Notes under the pieces: generated by a model
Told to the model about the DNA's origin: nothing
Databases searched by the model: none
Seen by the model: only the letters and a program-made list of their open reading frames with translations
NCBI GenBank assembly: GCA_002269645.1
Contig: NIVC01001034.1
Coordinates: forward strand, 1 to 64,000
Direction of reading: 5' to 3'
Length of the DNA stretch: 64,000 nucleotides
From: Macrostomum lignano
Taxonomy: Eukaryota
In this document: positions 23,555 to 35,774 of the stretch, one piece after another
How the letters are laid out: every line of letters starts with the position of its first letter
Numbering within the stretch: the first letter of the stretch is position 1
Program-made: the position numbers and the translations under genes

Positions 23555-25048
23555 CTAGACACTAGCGCCGCCATTCAGCAAAATAGTTATAATACGCTGA
23601 GCATTTTCCACCAGCCCCGCAGTCGGATTGCAACTGGGCGACGGCAACTGTCTGGCGACAACATCCAACCGATTGGCGGAGGCCAGCCGAAGCAGCAATT
23701 GGTCAACGCTGGTGCAGCGAGACACATCGCGCGGCGACAGGGCTTGCTGAGCCAGCGCCTCGGATGACAGACGGTCCAAGCTCAGCCAATCGGAGCTGGC
23801 AGCCTCGGACAGATAAGAATGCAGCGATTGCAGCTGCGATGACAGGGTCTCGCTAACAGATGGTTGAGATTGCTGCTGCTGCTGCCTTTGCCGCACATGT
23901 CTTTCGCTGGTACAGTGATCTGTTACTGCTTTCAAACCGCTGAGAAGCTTATTACTGCAAAGCTGACAATTGTATTGATATCTTGCTTGATCTTTAACTT
24001 TAATATAGGGATCGTCTATGCCAGGCAAAGAAGCTGCATCTACTGCTGCTGATGATGCAACAGATATAGCAGAAGCAGCTAAATCGGAACTCAACGTATT
24101 GAAGCCAGCCTGCTGTTGTTGCCGCTGTTGCAAATTTTTCCTGTGCTTAGTACCGTTCAAGTGTTGATCATAATTATCTTTACCAGAAACTGACAATTTG
24201 CAGACGTCACAATGGAACTGCGTCGATTGTTGCGAGTCCTTATTTAAGCCTTTCGAATGCTGCTGACCATTTAAGTGAGTTTGCCAATTAATCGGTCCAC
24301 CTGGGACACTGCAATCACAAGTTGAGCAGTAGCTTGTCTGCGTGTTATCTTGAGGCTGGGGCACGCTTAGCTGCGGCTGGGGCACGCTTAGCTGCGGCTG
24401 GGGCACGCTTAGCTGCGGCTGGGGCACGCTTTGCTGCGGCTGGGGCACGCTTTGCTGCGGCTGGGGCACGCTTTGCTGCGGCTGGGGCACGCTTTGTTGC
24501 GGCTGGGGCACGCTTTGCTGCGGCTGGGGCACCCTCTGTTGCGGCTGGGGCACGCTTTGCTGCGGCTGGGGCACGCTTAGCTGCGGCTGGGGCACCCTCT
24601 GTTGCGGCTGGGGCACGCTTTGCTGCGGCTGGGGCACGCTTAGCTGCGGCTGGGGCACCCTCTGTTGCGGCTGGGGCACGCTTTGCTGCGGCTGGGGCAC
24701 GCTTTGTCGGGGCTGGGGCACGCTTTGCTGCGGCTGGGGCACGCTTTGTCGGGGCTGGGACACGCTTTGCTGCGGCTGAGGCACGCTTTGTTGCGGTAGA
24801 CTCAACCTTTCCAAGTGCTTCAGATATTCCAAGTTAGGTAAATATTCAAGATAGTTTATATTCTCTTGAGGATTTTTAGACTGCTGTTGCTGTGGTTGTT
24901 GTTGTTGTTGTTGCTGCTGCTGTTGTTGTTGGAATGCAGCTGCAGCTCTATTCTTGTGCTTTTGACTCGCATTGTGCTGCGCCATTGACAAATCGCTATT
25001 GCAAGAAACCTTGCAAATCTCACAGTAGAAGTTGCTTGAAGTGGCCAT
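23555..25048 (-). CDS. Intronless protein with four matrin/U1-type (ZNF385/JAZ-like) C2H2 zinc fingers, polyQ tracts and (SVPQPQQ)n repeat; ~497 aa from MATSSNF (ORF open to 25093)
   Basis: Fingers YCEICKVSCNS...QHNASQKH, YCSTCDCSV...THLNGQQH, FHCDVCKLSVS...QHLNGTKH and YNCQLCSNK...DHCTSERH all show the long-spaced CxxC-x12/13-H-x5-H pattern. Single ORF. Confidence 0.85.
   Translation of the reverse strand: MATSSNFYCEICKVSCNSDLSMAQHNASQKHKNRAAAAFQQQQQQQQQQQQPQQQQSKNPQENINYLEYLPNLEYLKHLERLSLPQQSVPQPQQSVSQPRQSVPQPQQSVPQPRQSVPQPQQSVPQPQQRVPQPQLSVPQPQQSVPQPQQRVPQPQLSVPQPQQSVPQPQQRVPQPQQSVPQPQQSVPQPQQSVPQPQQSVPQPQQSVPQPQLSVPQPQLSVPQPQLSVPQPQDNTQTSYCSTCDCSVPGGPINWQTHLNGQQHSKGLNKDSQQSTQFHCDVCKLSVSGKDNYDQHLNGTKHRKNLQQRQQQQAGFNTLSSDLAASAISVASSAAVDAASLPGIDDPYIKVKDQARYQYNCQLCSNKLLSGLKAVTDHCTSERHVRQRQQQQQSQPSVSETLSSQLQSLHSYLSEAASSDWLSLDRLSSEALAQQALSPRDVSRCTSVDQLLLRLASANRLDVVARQLPSPSCNPTAGLVENAQRIITILLNGGASV
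24352..24795 (-). repeat. Coding 21-bp tandem repeat (~21 copies) encoding SVPQPQQ
   Basis: Plus-strand unit gctgcggctggggcacgcttt; in frame within the zinc-finger ORF. Confidence 0.9.
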
Positions 25049-26154
25049 AATAGCAGCGGAACTTGGGCTGTGGATAAAGATAGATTTGGTCACTGAGGCA
25101 TAACTACTTAGTAAAACAGCTTTCTACTTTCAGTTCAGTAGCAAAGAAGAATACATAAGCTATTTTATAAAAATAAAGTCAGCTGAAATAATTTTTATAA
25201 GTTTAGAAGTCCACCCAAGCTTGCAGGCGTAAACAACTTGCTAATTGGTTCAGCATTAATGTACATTGGCCAGTCCATCGAGATGTACAGGACAATAAAA
25301 ATTGGGGCGGTTGGGGTGTGGAAAGGCGCGGTTGGAGGGTTTAGCTGGGGGGGAGTAGGAGCCAATAAATGAGCTTTGGCTTTAAAATACACTATTAAAA
25401 TGCTTCTGTATAACTTACTTACTACTGAACTAAAAGTAGTTTACACGCAAATGTGCTGAGTGGCCCATCTAGTTATTCTAGTATCTGTGGTTCTGTCTAA
25501 TCTTCCTGGTTACACTTTATATTGACTTTGACTTTCCTATTCAAAATTTAAAGAAACAATAAATTAACAAACCAAGTCTATTTTTACTTAAAATCATAAA
25601 CTCTTTGTATTGATTAATCATAATGCAATCAATATTAAAATAAAACTACGGCTTAACAACCGGACTGGAAAAAAATCTACGATACTCACTATAATGCAAT
25701 AATTTATGAATATAGCTACTACTACTGTAAATAAGTAGTAACGAAGCGCATGATGCCTAGGTTGATTTAGCACAAATAGAATTAACCATTGTTTTATTGG
25801 CTAACATGCACCAACTAATGTGATTTCGAAGCGGAGCAAAAACACTGAAAAATACCCACTTTACTCGTAAAAGCTGCTGATATGATAGAATAACTTACTA
25901 AGACTATAATGAAAAATCGCATTAAAAAGTTATGCATGATACTACTAACGCAAGTAGCAGAATTTGCTGATAGTGTGTACGCATAACAGATACCAAATTG
26001 AAAATGAATATAAAAACAAACGACCACTCGACAGGATATTGAAAATCAAAATAGTATTGCGTTATTAATAATGGTCACTGTTTGTTTCTGAGATCTGTGC
26101 GCATTGCAACTTACTGCAGTACAATTTTCAAGGGGAGCTATGGACTGCACAAAA

Positions 26155-26985
26155 CAGAATCCCAGCTCACAGGAAAGATTATTGGGAGAGCTAAATATAC
26201 CAACTCATATAGGGAAGATTAGGAGACCTAAATATACCAACTCACAAGGAAGATTATTAGGAGAGCTAAACATCCCAACTCATATAGGGAAGATTAGGAG
26301 ACCTAAATATACCAACTCACAAGGAAGATTATTAGAAGAGCTAAACATCCCAACTCATATAGGGACGATTAGGAGACATAAATATCCCAACTCACAGGGA
26401 AGATTAGGAAACATAAATATCCTAACTCATATAGGGAGATTAGGAGACCTAAATATCCTAACTCATATAGGGAAGATTAGGAGACATAAATATCCCAACT
26501 CATATAGGGAAGATTAGGAGACTTAAATATCCCAACTCATATAGGGAAGATTAGGAGACCTAAATATCCCAACTCATATAGGGAAGATTAGGAGACATAA
26601 ATATCCCAACTCATATAGGGAAGATTAGGAGACCTAAATATCCTAACTCAAATAGGGAAGATTAGGAGACATAAATATCCCAACTCATATAGGGAAGATT
26701 AGGAGACTTAAATATCCCAACTCATATAGGGAAGATTAGGAGACTTAAATATCCCAACTCATATTGGGAAGATTAGGAGACCTAAATATCCCAACTCATA
26801 TAGGGAAGATTAGGAGACCTAAATATCCTAACTCAAATAGGGAAGATTAGGAGACATAAATATCCCAACTCATATAGGGAAGATTAGGAGACTTAAATAT
26901 CCCAACTCATATAGGGAAGATTAGGAGACTTAAATATCCCAACTCATATTGGGAAGATTAGGAGACCTAAATATCCCAACTCACT
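26155..26985. repeat. 37-bp minisatellite (cccaactcatatagggaagattaggagacctaaatat), interrupted at its end by the hAT insertion
   Basis: About 22 copies. A degenerate unit resumes at ~28704. Confidence 0.92.
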
Positions 26986-28695
26986 CATACATGCGCAACC
27001 TCCAAAATTCGGTCGGCCGTGCGACTTAGTTTTAACAAAAATGCGACGTAGTTTTTGGCCAAAAATGCGACTTACATGTAAAAAACCCTAGAGCAAAATT
27101 AACGCAACTTTGGGTAAACGGCAAGAGTAACTATAACTGTCCTATTAAGGCAAAATGCCTCGTCAGCTACTTAGTACTACTACTTGGGTATTTTTTTGGG
27201 TTGGCATTTTCGCGATTTCCTTGGTTGGCCACCAAATCAGTCGGCCAGATTGGCCGACTCGGCCGACTGTTGCGTATGTATGAATGTGCTCAACCCAGTG
27301 TTATTGCCTAATGCTGAAACATTACATACTATCTTTACATACAGTTCGAGAATCATACCTCTTGCTAGACAGTTTGGAATGGAAGATGACAGCTCTGCCT
27401 CTGAAACAGAGGACCCTCTTTCTGATTCAGACTCTAGAGATGCAGATGCTTCAGAACGCGCTACAGAAAGGACAATCTCTGGTCAGTTCGGTCTACTCCT
27501 AAAAAGTTTGATCACTTCGCATAGTGTTGACTTCTGTGCCTACAAAGGCAAAGGTCCGGTGAAATTTTGGAGTCACTTTCTAGAGACAAGAACTGTTGAA
27601 TGGCTGCCCAGAATAAAGAATCTAATTATGGTTGTGTTAACTTTGCCAATATCATCAGCTGAGGCTGAAAGAGGGTTTTCTATCTATAAGCACAGTGCCT
27701 ATGACAGGAGAACACGCTTGGCACCAAAAGCATTGGAGCATCTACTACGGTTTCGAATAAATGGGCCTCCGCTGATGAAATTTAAGCCGGATATTTATGT
27801 CAATGATTGGCTGAAAAAACACTGGCGTTCTGATGCTCCTGGAGGTCGACGGCAAAAAGAATCCAGATTCTGATTCTGATTTGCTAAGTGGACTACATGT
27901 ATTTTGAAAGTTTTTTATCAGTTTTAATCTGCTACAATTTTAATCAATTACTACAATGGTACATGTGTAATCATTAAGACTACAGTTCTTCTAAGTTCAT
28001 ATATAAGACCGTTAGAATCTTGCAGTTTTAATTTGCTGATTAAATATTATTAAAAGTATGGTTTGCAATTGTAATAGGGCTGAAAAATTACTGCTTATAA
28101 GTTATTCTATCCCTATTTCTATTCCTTAGCCATTTCTGCCTTCGTAATTCTTAATTTTTTCAAATTGATGCGTTAATGCACACGTAGCCTACACCCTAGT
28201 AAGTGATACATTAAATTCATCCTAAACTAATCCTTTCCTAATAATCCTAAAGATGCTCTGCGACTTAACTCAGTCCTGCTGCGACTTACCTCGGCCCTGC
28301 TGCGACTTACTCGGTCCTGCTGCGACTTAGCTCGCCCTCGGTGCGACTTACCTTGTCTTCAGTGCTGCAACTTACAGCACTTACAACTCTTTTTGTGTTT
28401 TTCTCTTTCTCTTTGCTCCCTTTTTCTCGTTTTTTTCTTTTCCTTTCCCCTTTTTCGTCTTTTGTTTTTTCGTTTTTTTGGCGGTTAATCAATTTTGCGA
28501 CTTACTTGGTTGGCGGTTAATCAATTTTGCGACTTACTTGGTTAGCGGTTAATCAATTTTGCGACTTACTTGGTTGGCGGTTAATCAATTTTGCGACTTA
28601 CTTGGTTGGCGGTTAATCAATTTTGCGACTTACTTGGTTGGCCGCCAAATCAGTCGGCCGGATCGGCCGACTCGGTTGACTGTTGCGCATGTATG
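26986..28695 (+). mobile_element. Non-autonomous composite hAT-superfamily DNA transposon, 1710 bp
   Basis: Perfect 14-bp TIRs CATACATGCGCAAC (26986-26999) and GTTGCGCATGTATG (28682-28695). 8-bp TSD AACTCACT at 26978-26985 and 28696-28703. Many TGCGACTTA sub-terminal motifs, including 5 x 32-bp repeats at ~28480-28640. A second right end lies internally at ~27222-27282. Confidence 0.9.
27283..27873 (+). pseudogene. C-terminal fragment of a hAT-type transposase (dimerisation domain)
   Basis: FWSHFL...WLPRIKNLIMVVLTLPISSAEAERGFSIYK...RRTRLAPKALEHLLRFRINGP matches the hAT C-terminal (P.SSA..ER.FS) motif. It is 5'-truncated exactly at the internal TIR. Confidence 0.85.
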
Positions 28696-28850
28696 AACTC
28701 ACTTTAGGGAAAGATTAGGACCTAAATATACTACGCTCGTAATTCCCAACCCACTGGGAATACAAAATATCCAATAAAAATGGAAGCGCAGAGATCTATA
28801 GTCAATCAGCAATCTTCTGTCAATAGATCAGTTCAATAACAATTGAATTC

Positions 28851-31118
28851 CTACTTCCCACCACTAGAAGCAGTCTTAGGCCCGGTGAAATTCTTCTTCA
28901 AGCCTTGCCAACACTTGTAATAGTTGGCATCCAAACGCTGGCAGATTCTATTAGCCCAGGCGGTAACAGCCAGACTCAAAGACGATTCAAACATAAACGA
29001 CATGGTCCCGGCCGCTACCCTCTGCGGAGCCAATTCAGCTGTTGAAGCCTTCTCAAAACAGTCTGCATCGGGACCGTGCGGAGTCATCATTGAGTGCAGA
29101 GTGGCTCCACCAGGTAGGAAGCCCTCCTCCTTAGCTTCGTAGTTGCCGTAGATCAGGCCCATGAACTCGCTCATGCAGTTCCTATGGTAGTATGGCGGAC
29201 GAAACGTCTTCTCGGCCACGCCCCAACGAGGCGGAAAGATGACAAAGTCGCACAGAGCTGTGCCCGCCTGCGCAGGTGAGAGCGTAAAGTCAGCCAGTCT
29301 CTGGATTCTGTTAGTAGGTATTCGATCTGTTCATCTACTTAGTACTAGTAAGTAGCATAGTACAAAATCTAAACCTCTAAATCTATCTATCAATATCTAT
29401 CTATCTATCAATATCTATCTATCTATCTACGAGTATCTATCAATCAATCAATCAAGAAAAATTGATAGAGCTCACCTTAGCCCCAGGACAGGTGAGCACA
29501 GTGAATATGCTGGGATCCATATGGTCAACGCTAACAGAATTGACCACAACGAAATTGGCCAAATCGTACTTGTAGGGCGCGTAGTTGCCGTGCCAAGCGA
29601 CCACATCGAATGGGGAATGGTGCTGCTTAGCAACAAACAGAGCGCCCTGATATTTGCTAATAATTTCATAGCCAGCACTCTCAGCTGACAGATCCCGATC
29701 CTCGTACCAGGCAACTGGAGTTAGGAAATCCCTCGGATTAGCTAATCCATTGGCACCGATAGGGCCTAAGCCAGGCAGCACAAAATGATTGCCCCAAACT
29801 TCTAGAATGTAGCCCCTGCTGGGGCCGGTGACCTCGACTGAGAATCGGATGCCCTGCTGGATCACGCAGATCTCTCTGGGCCGGACCTGGTATGGATAAA
29901 ATACAGATGTTTATGTCCAAGCCAAGGTAATAAATGGAGATTGTGTCCATGACATTTAATTAGGATACTGTGTAAAAAGTGTTTATGCGTGGTTCTAATA
30001 AGCTCGCAGGTGTGCTATACAGCTGATTCTAGATAAGCTCGCAGGTGTGCTATACAGCTGATTCTAGATAAGCTCGCAGATGTGCTATACAGCTGATTCT
30101 AGATAAGCTCGCAGGTGTGTTATACAGCTGATTCTAGATAAGCTCGCAGGTGTGCTATACAGCTGATTCTAGATAAGCTCGCAGGTGTGTTATACAGCTG
30201 ATTCTAGATAAGCTCGCAGGTGTGTTATACAGCTGATTCTAGATAAGCTCGCAGGTGTGCTATACAGCTGATTCTAGATAAGCTCGCAGGTGTGCTATAC
30301 AGCTGATTCTAGATAAGCTCGCAGGTGTGCTATACAGCTGATTCTAGATAAGCTCGCAGGTGTGTTATACAGCTGATTCTAAATAAGCTCGCAGGTGTGT
30401 TATACAGCTGATTCTAGATAAGCTCGCAGGTGTGTTATACAGCTGATTCTAGATAAGCTCGCAGGTGTGTTATACAGCTGATTCTAAATAAGCTCGCAGG
30501 TGTGTTATACAGCTGATTCTAGATAAGCTCGCAGGTGTGTTATACAGCTGATTCTAGATAAGCTCGCAGGTGTGTTTACTGTTGATTAGGGCCTATAAAC
30601 ACACACCTGCAATTTGCCCATCTCAGTAGTAATCAACAGTTCGCCCTGTTGCGGTACCAGCAGAAAGTCGCCATCAGAGTTGTACATAGCCCTGTCCTTC
30701 ATGCTAGCATTGCAGGCGTAGACGTGGATAGCGGCGCCGTAGCGCGTCTTCGGATCGCCGGCGCCGCACAGGGTGGCCAGGCTTTCCACAAAATCCAGCC
30801 GGCGCTCATCTAAGCTTGGCACAACAAACGGCAGCCAACGCAACTGATTAGGATTAGGCGGTTCCGCATTGAAATCGGCTGTAAAATTGGTTGGACCAGA
30901 TTGAATAGGTTCGAATGGTTGGTGCACAGCGCTAGGACGAATCCTGTATAGCCAGACTCGTTCGTTAGATTCGCGCGGAGCAGTGAAAGCTGTGCCGGAC
31001 AATTGCTCAGCGTAGAGGCCATAGGCGCAGCGCTGCGGATTGTTCTGGCCGCGCGGGGTAGGGCGCCGGGGCAGCGCGGGTCTTCTGTGGCAAATTCGTT
31101 GCCAAAACCACTTTGGTA
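28851..31118 (-). CDS. HGD: Homogentisate 1,2-dioxygenase (tyrosine catabolism); 3 exons seen, short first coding exon not firmly located; apparent frameshift at ~31050
   Basis: Exons 31118-30607, 29886-29476 and 29267-28851, phase-0 GT-AG introns. Motifs [135 protein letters not shown]. Confidence 0.95.
29383..29455. repeat. (CTAT)n/(CAAT)n microsatellite in an HGD intron
   Basis: Direct inspection. Confidence 0.85.
29996..30575. repeat. 35-bp minisatellite (gataagctcgcaggtgtgYtatacagctgattcta) in an HGD intron
   Basis: About 16.5 nearly identical copies. Confidence 0.95.
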
Positions 31119-33267
31119 CTGTTTTTGGCGAAGTGAAAGTAAGAGTGAAAAAATCAATAATATGTTATTGCACTACTGAAATAGTTGTTGCGAGAGTAGT
31201 ATGGGAGCATTTTGACTGCCACTTTTTTACTACCAATGATTTAGGTTAAACTAAATAAAGGTTAGACACGACTGAAAACACATTCAGTCACAGAATTACA
31301 GGCTGTTTACAGAATCATTGGGAGATAGCCTATTTCATGCATTGCAAGTTTCATCAGGATGCCTTCTGACCTAGACAACATTGGTACTAAGCATGACCAA
31401 GCATGGTACAAGGAAATTTACACTATGGTGCCCATACATCTGGCTACCACTATGCTATCAATCATTGCATGGCATTTTTTCCAGGGTCATGTAGGCATAT
31501 AATACCCTGCTAAACCATATAGTAGTAAATCTATGCCTCTATTTAATAGGGACCCTAATATACTATCTTTATACAAACCTGATTGATAACACCTAGGTAT
31601 ACACAAAGACTAAGTTCTAAAATATGTGAAAACTAGTGATGTACTACTATGCCTACTACTATTGACACTATTGCCTATTTACTATTGACTATTAATTATG
31701 AATCATTAAGAATCATTAGATAACAAAATGTAGAAAATCAAAGTTACTTATTATTACACCATTAAATAGATTAAGAGACATATAAACATATTAAAATTAA
31801 ACTCTTTAGATGAAAAAATATGTAAAACATTGTAAAAAAGTTTAAAAATTGATTAAAAAATACCAAATTGATTTTGATCTCACTATCAGCTGGGCCATCA
31901 AGAGGATGACACTTAAAGTCTTAGACTTAATTTTTAGGCCTCACTAAAATTTTACAATTAAATATGTATAATATCCAAAATTTTACTTAGCTAGTAGTAA
32001 AACAGTTTTTTTATGAAAATATAATAAAGCCTTAGGCATAGTTTAGGTTCACTATTATTTTATATCTAAAAAGTTTTTTTGTAAATATATATTTGTTTTA
32101 TCTAAAATTCAAATACTTTATTATTTTAGCTTCAAAAACTAAATAACAGAATTAGTTTTCTATTAATTTGTTTTTTCCTTATCATTTCTTTTAGGCCTAG
32201 GCCTACTCAAGTTTTGTCTCTAAAGTTTTTTAAGTTTTTTTCTTAACTCTAATGTTTTTCTCTTGTCAATATTTTACCCTTAGCTCTAGTAGGCCTAGGC
32301 CTAATTCAAGAATATCAAAGGAGTCTAAAGGATCTAAATTATAGCACCTAACCTAACTAGGCCTAGTCTTAGATAAATTAACTACTCCACTAAGATTTAA
32401 ATTAGGCCTAGAGTATCTTTAATCTTATATTATAATTATATAGCACTTAATAGTTTCTATTAATGATTTGACTTAGGCCTACTGATTAGAAGAGGTCTAT
32501 TTTCCTAGATGTTTGATAAATAGCAATGCTTCTAGTTATATATTCTCAAATTTGTTACATGGTATACTAGAAAAAGTGACCCCTTATAGTTAAACTATAT
32601 TATAATGTCAAGTTAATACTAGGCCCATAGAAAAAAACTAATTTATTAGTCATTTAGCGATAAATTGCTTGATATTATCAGAAGGGCATTGCAATAATAA
32701 AGGTTAAAGTTGGACCTTTTTGCATTAGGCCTATGACAATGACAATAAACAATCCTTTTTTGCATTAGGGCATTAGGCCCCTAGCCCTAGCTACACCATT
32801 TTGGTCTTTTGTAGCCCCTATGCCAACAGCTACAATATATGCTGGCTCTGTGGCAAAATTTTCTAACAGTTTGTTTCATACACCAGATTTTTTATGCCAA
32901 CATATTTTTTCACATATGTTGTATGCCAGAATTTTTCAACATATATGCCCCATTTGGGAGTGGAACAATGCTTTAATTTTTAAAGTATCATTAGTAGCAG
33001 TTAAAAATTAACATAAAATAAATTATTATACATGAAAAATGAAAATATATAATACCCATTAATATATTTCATGGGAGAGGACTACACCAAATGCTAATAC
33101 TCACATTGTAATCCTCAGGAAAGACTTCATTAAAAATAGTCTCTGAACTCTTAACTACTTTAGCATCACTAGACTTGGCTGGTGTCCTATTTGTGCGCTT
33201 CATGGTTAGCAGAGATTAGATATAGAGCTATTAGTGCCGTTTTCAACCAGAAAGGGTCTACTTCTTT

Positions 33268-33527
33268 GGGCCTTTTCATATTACCAATTCCAGAACCAGA
33301 ATCGGTTTGGAATTCCAAGAAAAACAGCAGTATAACTATTAAACTCTGTTAATATTTGACTGCCTTAACAACCTCACTTAGCACAATTTTTTCACATCTT
33401 TTTGGCGATTGTCATTCAATAATAAAAACTTTATAGCATGTATCTCCCTCTAGTTATGGAGACAAAAAGTTATACTTCACAAATTGGTTCTGGTTCTGGA
33501 ACCAGAACAAGCAATATGAAAAGGCCC
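33268..33527. mobile_element. PIF/Harbinger-type MITE, 260 bp
   Basis: 15-bp TIRs GGGCCTTTTCATATT (33268-33282) and AATATGAAAAGGCCC (33513-33527), 3-bp flank TTT on both sides, internal ccagaacc/ggttctgg sub-terminal motifs. Confidence 0.65.
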
Positions 33528-33554
33528 TTTTAGCCCTAAACAAGAAAAATAAAT

Positions 33555-33675
33555 AAGGCAGTGCTTATCCCCACGGTAGGCCTACCGTAGGAATAATTTC
33601 TGTCTTATTCTAGCGGTACCGTGCGAATAATTTTCTGCTTATCCGCACGGCACACTGACGGATAAGCACTGCCTT
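33555..33675. mobile_element. Small MITE-like inverted-repeat element, 121 bp
   Basis: 16-bp TIRs AAGGCAGTGCTTATCC and GGATAAGCACTGCCTT; no clear TSD. Confidence 0.55.
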
Positions 33676-35085
33676 TGAGGCATGAGGCATTATAATTATT
33701 TTTTGGATCTGTAGTTTATCTGTTTATAAAAAATAAAATCAATAAGGGTGATGGGTGATTGCTGATAGTCAGCTCATACATGGTTCTAGGGGGACCTCAT
33801 TTTTAACAAACATTAATTCGCGATAATATTTTGCCTTTTGAAAAAAATTAGCTTCGCGCGGATTCAATTTTGGCTACTAAAAACTATTTTAGCTATATAC
33901 TTTGCGTGTAAAAATAGGGCCTACTTATTCGCAAATAATAAAAGAACAAACATAACTATCCATTAGCGTGTAAAAATAGACGAATGTGAGTATAGACTAT
34001 TACATAATAAATCACAATGCTGTGTAAATCTACTCTACAAATCAGTATATGAGTTATATCTACTATAAACTCACATGTACGATGTACATTACATTAGGCC
34101 CTACACTGATTACAGCCACGCCACAGGTATGCACGTCTGTTATCTGTATAAAGTTAGGCCTAACACCAACCATTTAGGCTAGCCAGGGTATCCATTCCTT
34201 TTTGTGCCTCAGTTTGCTTTTTGTTGCCTAAATTCTAAATTATAATTCGACACAAAAAAAGAAAAAGTAAAAAGTGAGCCCTAATTTAACAATTAACAAT
34301 AGCTAAGTGCTTTGAAGTACTTTTTACTTTAAATAATTAAGGACCTTAGGACTTTATTAGTTACCTTAGTAAGGTATTATTAATTTTCTTAAGCCAGCAC
34401 TGATTTTTCAAAAAAGACAAACTATGCATACTAATTGAATATTTTTAATTTAACCAATATATTTGCATCTGTTTGATAGAACTTAGCCAAGCATACTTTC
34501 TACCTTAGGAATTTTTTATAGGCCTACTTATAAATAAAGTGGTAATATACTTTTTGGAAATTTGACACTTTGGGAATAATTTAAAATTATTCTTAATCTC
34601 TATAAATGCTATGTTATCCACAGATACTATAAACACTAGATAGGCCACTCCAGCTAATTTTCACAACACGACAGTTTACTCTACTTTCTGCTTAGTAGTA
34701 GGAAAAACATTTTAGCTTGATTATTTATATTTTTTTAAAATAAAAAAAACAGATAAATGCAATTTGCAGCAACTGTATTGATTTTTTTGCAAAAAGAAGC
34801 TTATGATTATACTTTCCACAATGCAAAGCAACATTGTGAATGCTTTAGATTGCATAGAAGGCTATATTATTGCAGTCAACTATTGTATATTTAGCAAATA
34901 CGAGCTATATCATATACTCCATAATCCATATTCGTGTAGCAAAATAGAAAGATTTCTCATCTTAATCAGCTCATCTGTTTGTGAAACTCGCAGCGTGCTG
35001 TCGAAGAACAGGGTCGCCAGTCGCCCTTGTTCAGAGGCAGCATTCAGAAGGGCCCAACAGATAGCCACGCCTCCACAGTCCATGG

Positions 35086-35728
35086 CCATAGTCAGGAAGG
35101 TGGCAGAGTGTGCGCCGGAACAAATTTTGGCCTCTCCCAAAATTGTGCACCGTGCGCCGACACAAAAACCCTCGTGTGCGCCGTTGTGCGCCCACCACTA
35201 CCTGCCTTGCGACAATAAAAGACCTTTTTTTACAACATAGCAACAATTTTTGTGCGCCAATATTTTCAATAAACCCTACCCCTATAATATTTCTTATAGT
35301 TATTACTATGGTACAGGCATTCAAAGTAAAAATATATTTTTTAAAACAAAACAAACTTAAAAAGTAAGCAAATGGCAAAAACAAAGGTAAAAAGGAAAAC
35401 GAAAATATTTTATTTTATTTTTTATTTTTTGGTAGAATGCAGTGTTACATTAGATAGAACAGTGAATAGTGTACTGTAACAAGTAACGACTTACATTGTT
35501 ACATGGGATCGCCACAAGGGTAACGCTGCATGTGGCGCGGCGCCTGCCGCACCGCGCCGCCATGCGCCGGTGTCCTCTGGTGTGCGCCGTTGTGCGCCGC
35601 TGTGCGCCAGTGCGCCGCTGTGCGCTGTTGTGGCGCGCCGCTGTGCGCCGTTGTGCGCCGTTGTGTGCCCAAAAAGGGCTTGTGTGCGCCGGAATTTTCC
35701 GACCAAACTGCCACCTTCCTGACTATGG
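35086..35728. mobile_element. MITE with 21-bp TIRs and 8-bp TSD (hAT- or P-type), 643 bp
   Basis: TIR CCATAGTCAGGAAGGTGGCAG (35086-35106) and its reverse complement (35708-35728). TSD GTCCATGG at 35078-35085 and 35729-35736. Many TGTGCGCCG sub-terminal repeats around an AT-rich core. Confidence 0.88.
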
Positions 35729-35774
35729 GTCCATGGATGCACGACTGCGCTGCACTTGCCTTGACCATCGAGAG

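Noticed and set aside
24322-24837. (AAAGARF)n ORF on the plus strand
   Set aside because: Antisense shadow of the coding repeat in the zinc-finger gene.
34075-34089. Alternative HGD first exon ATG TAC ATC GTA CAT|gtgagt (MYIVH)
   Set aside because: It has a strong donor and the right length, but the peptide does not resemble HGD N-termini and TACATGT-type words are common here. It cannot be excluded without transcripts.
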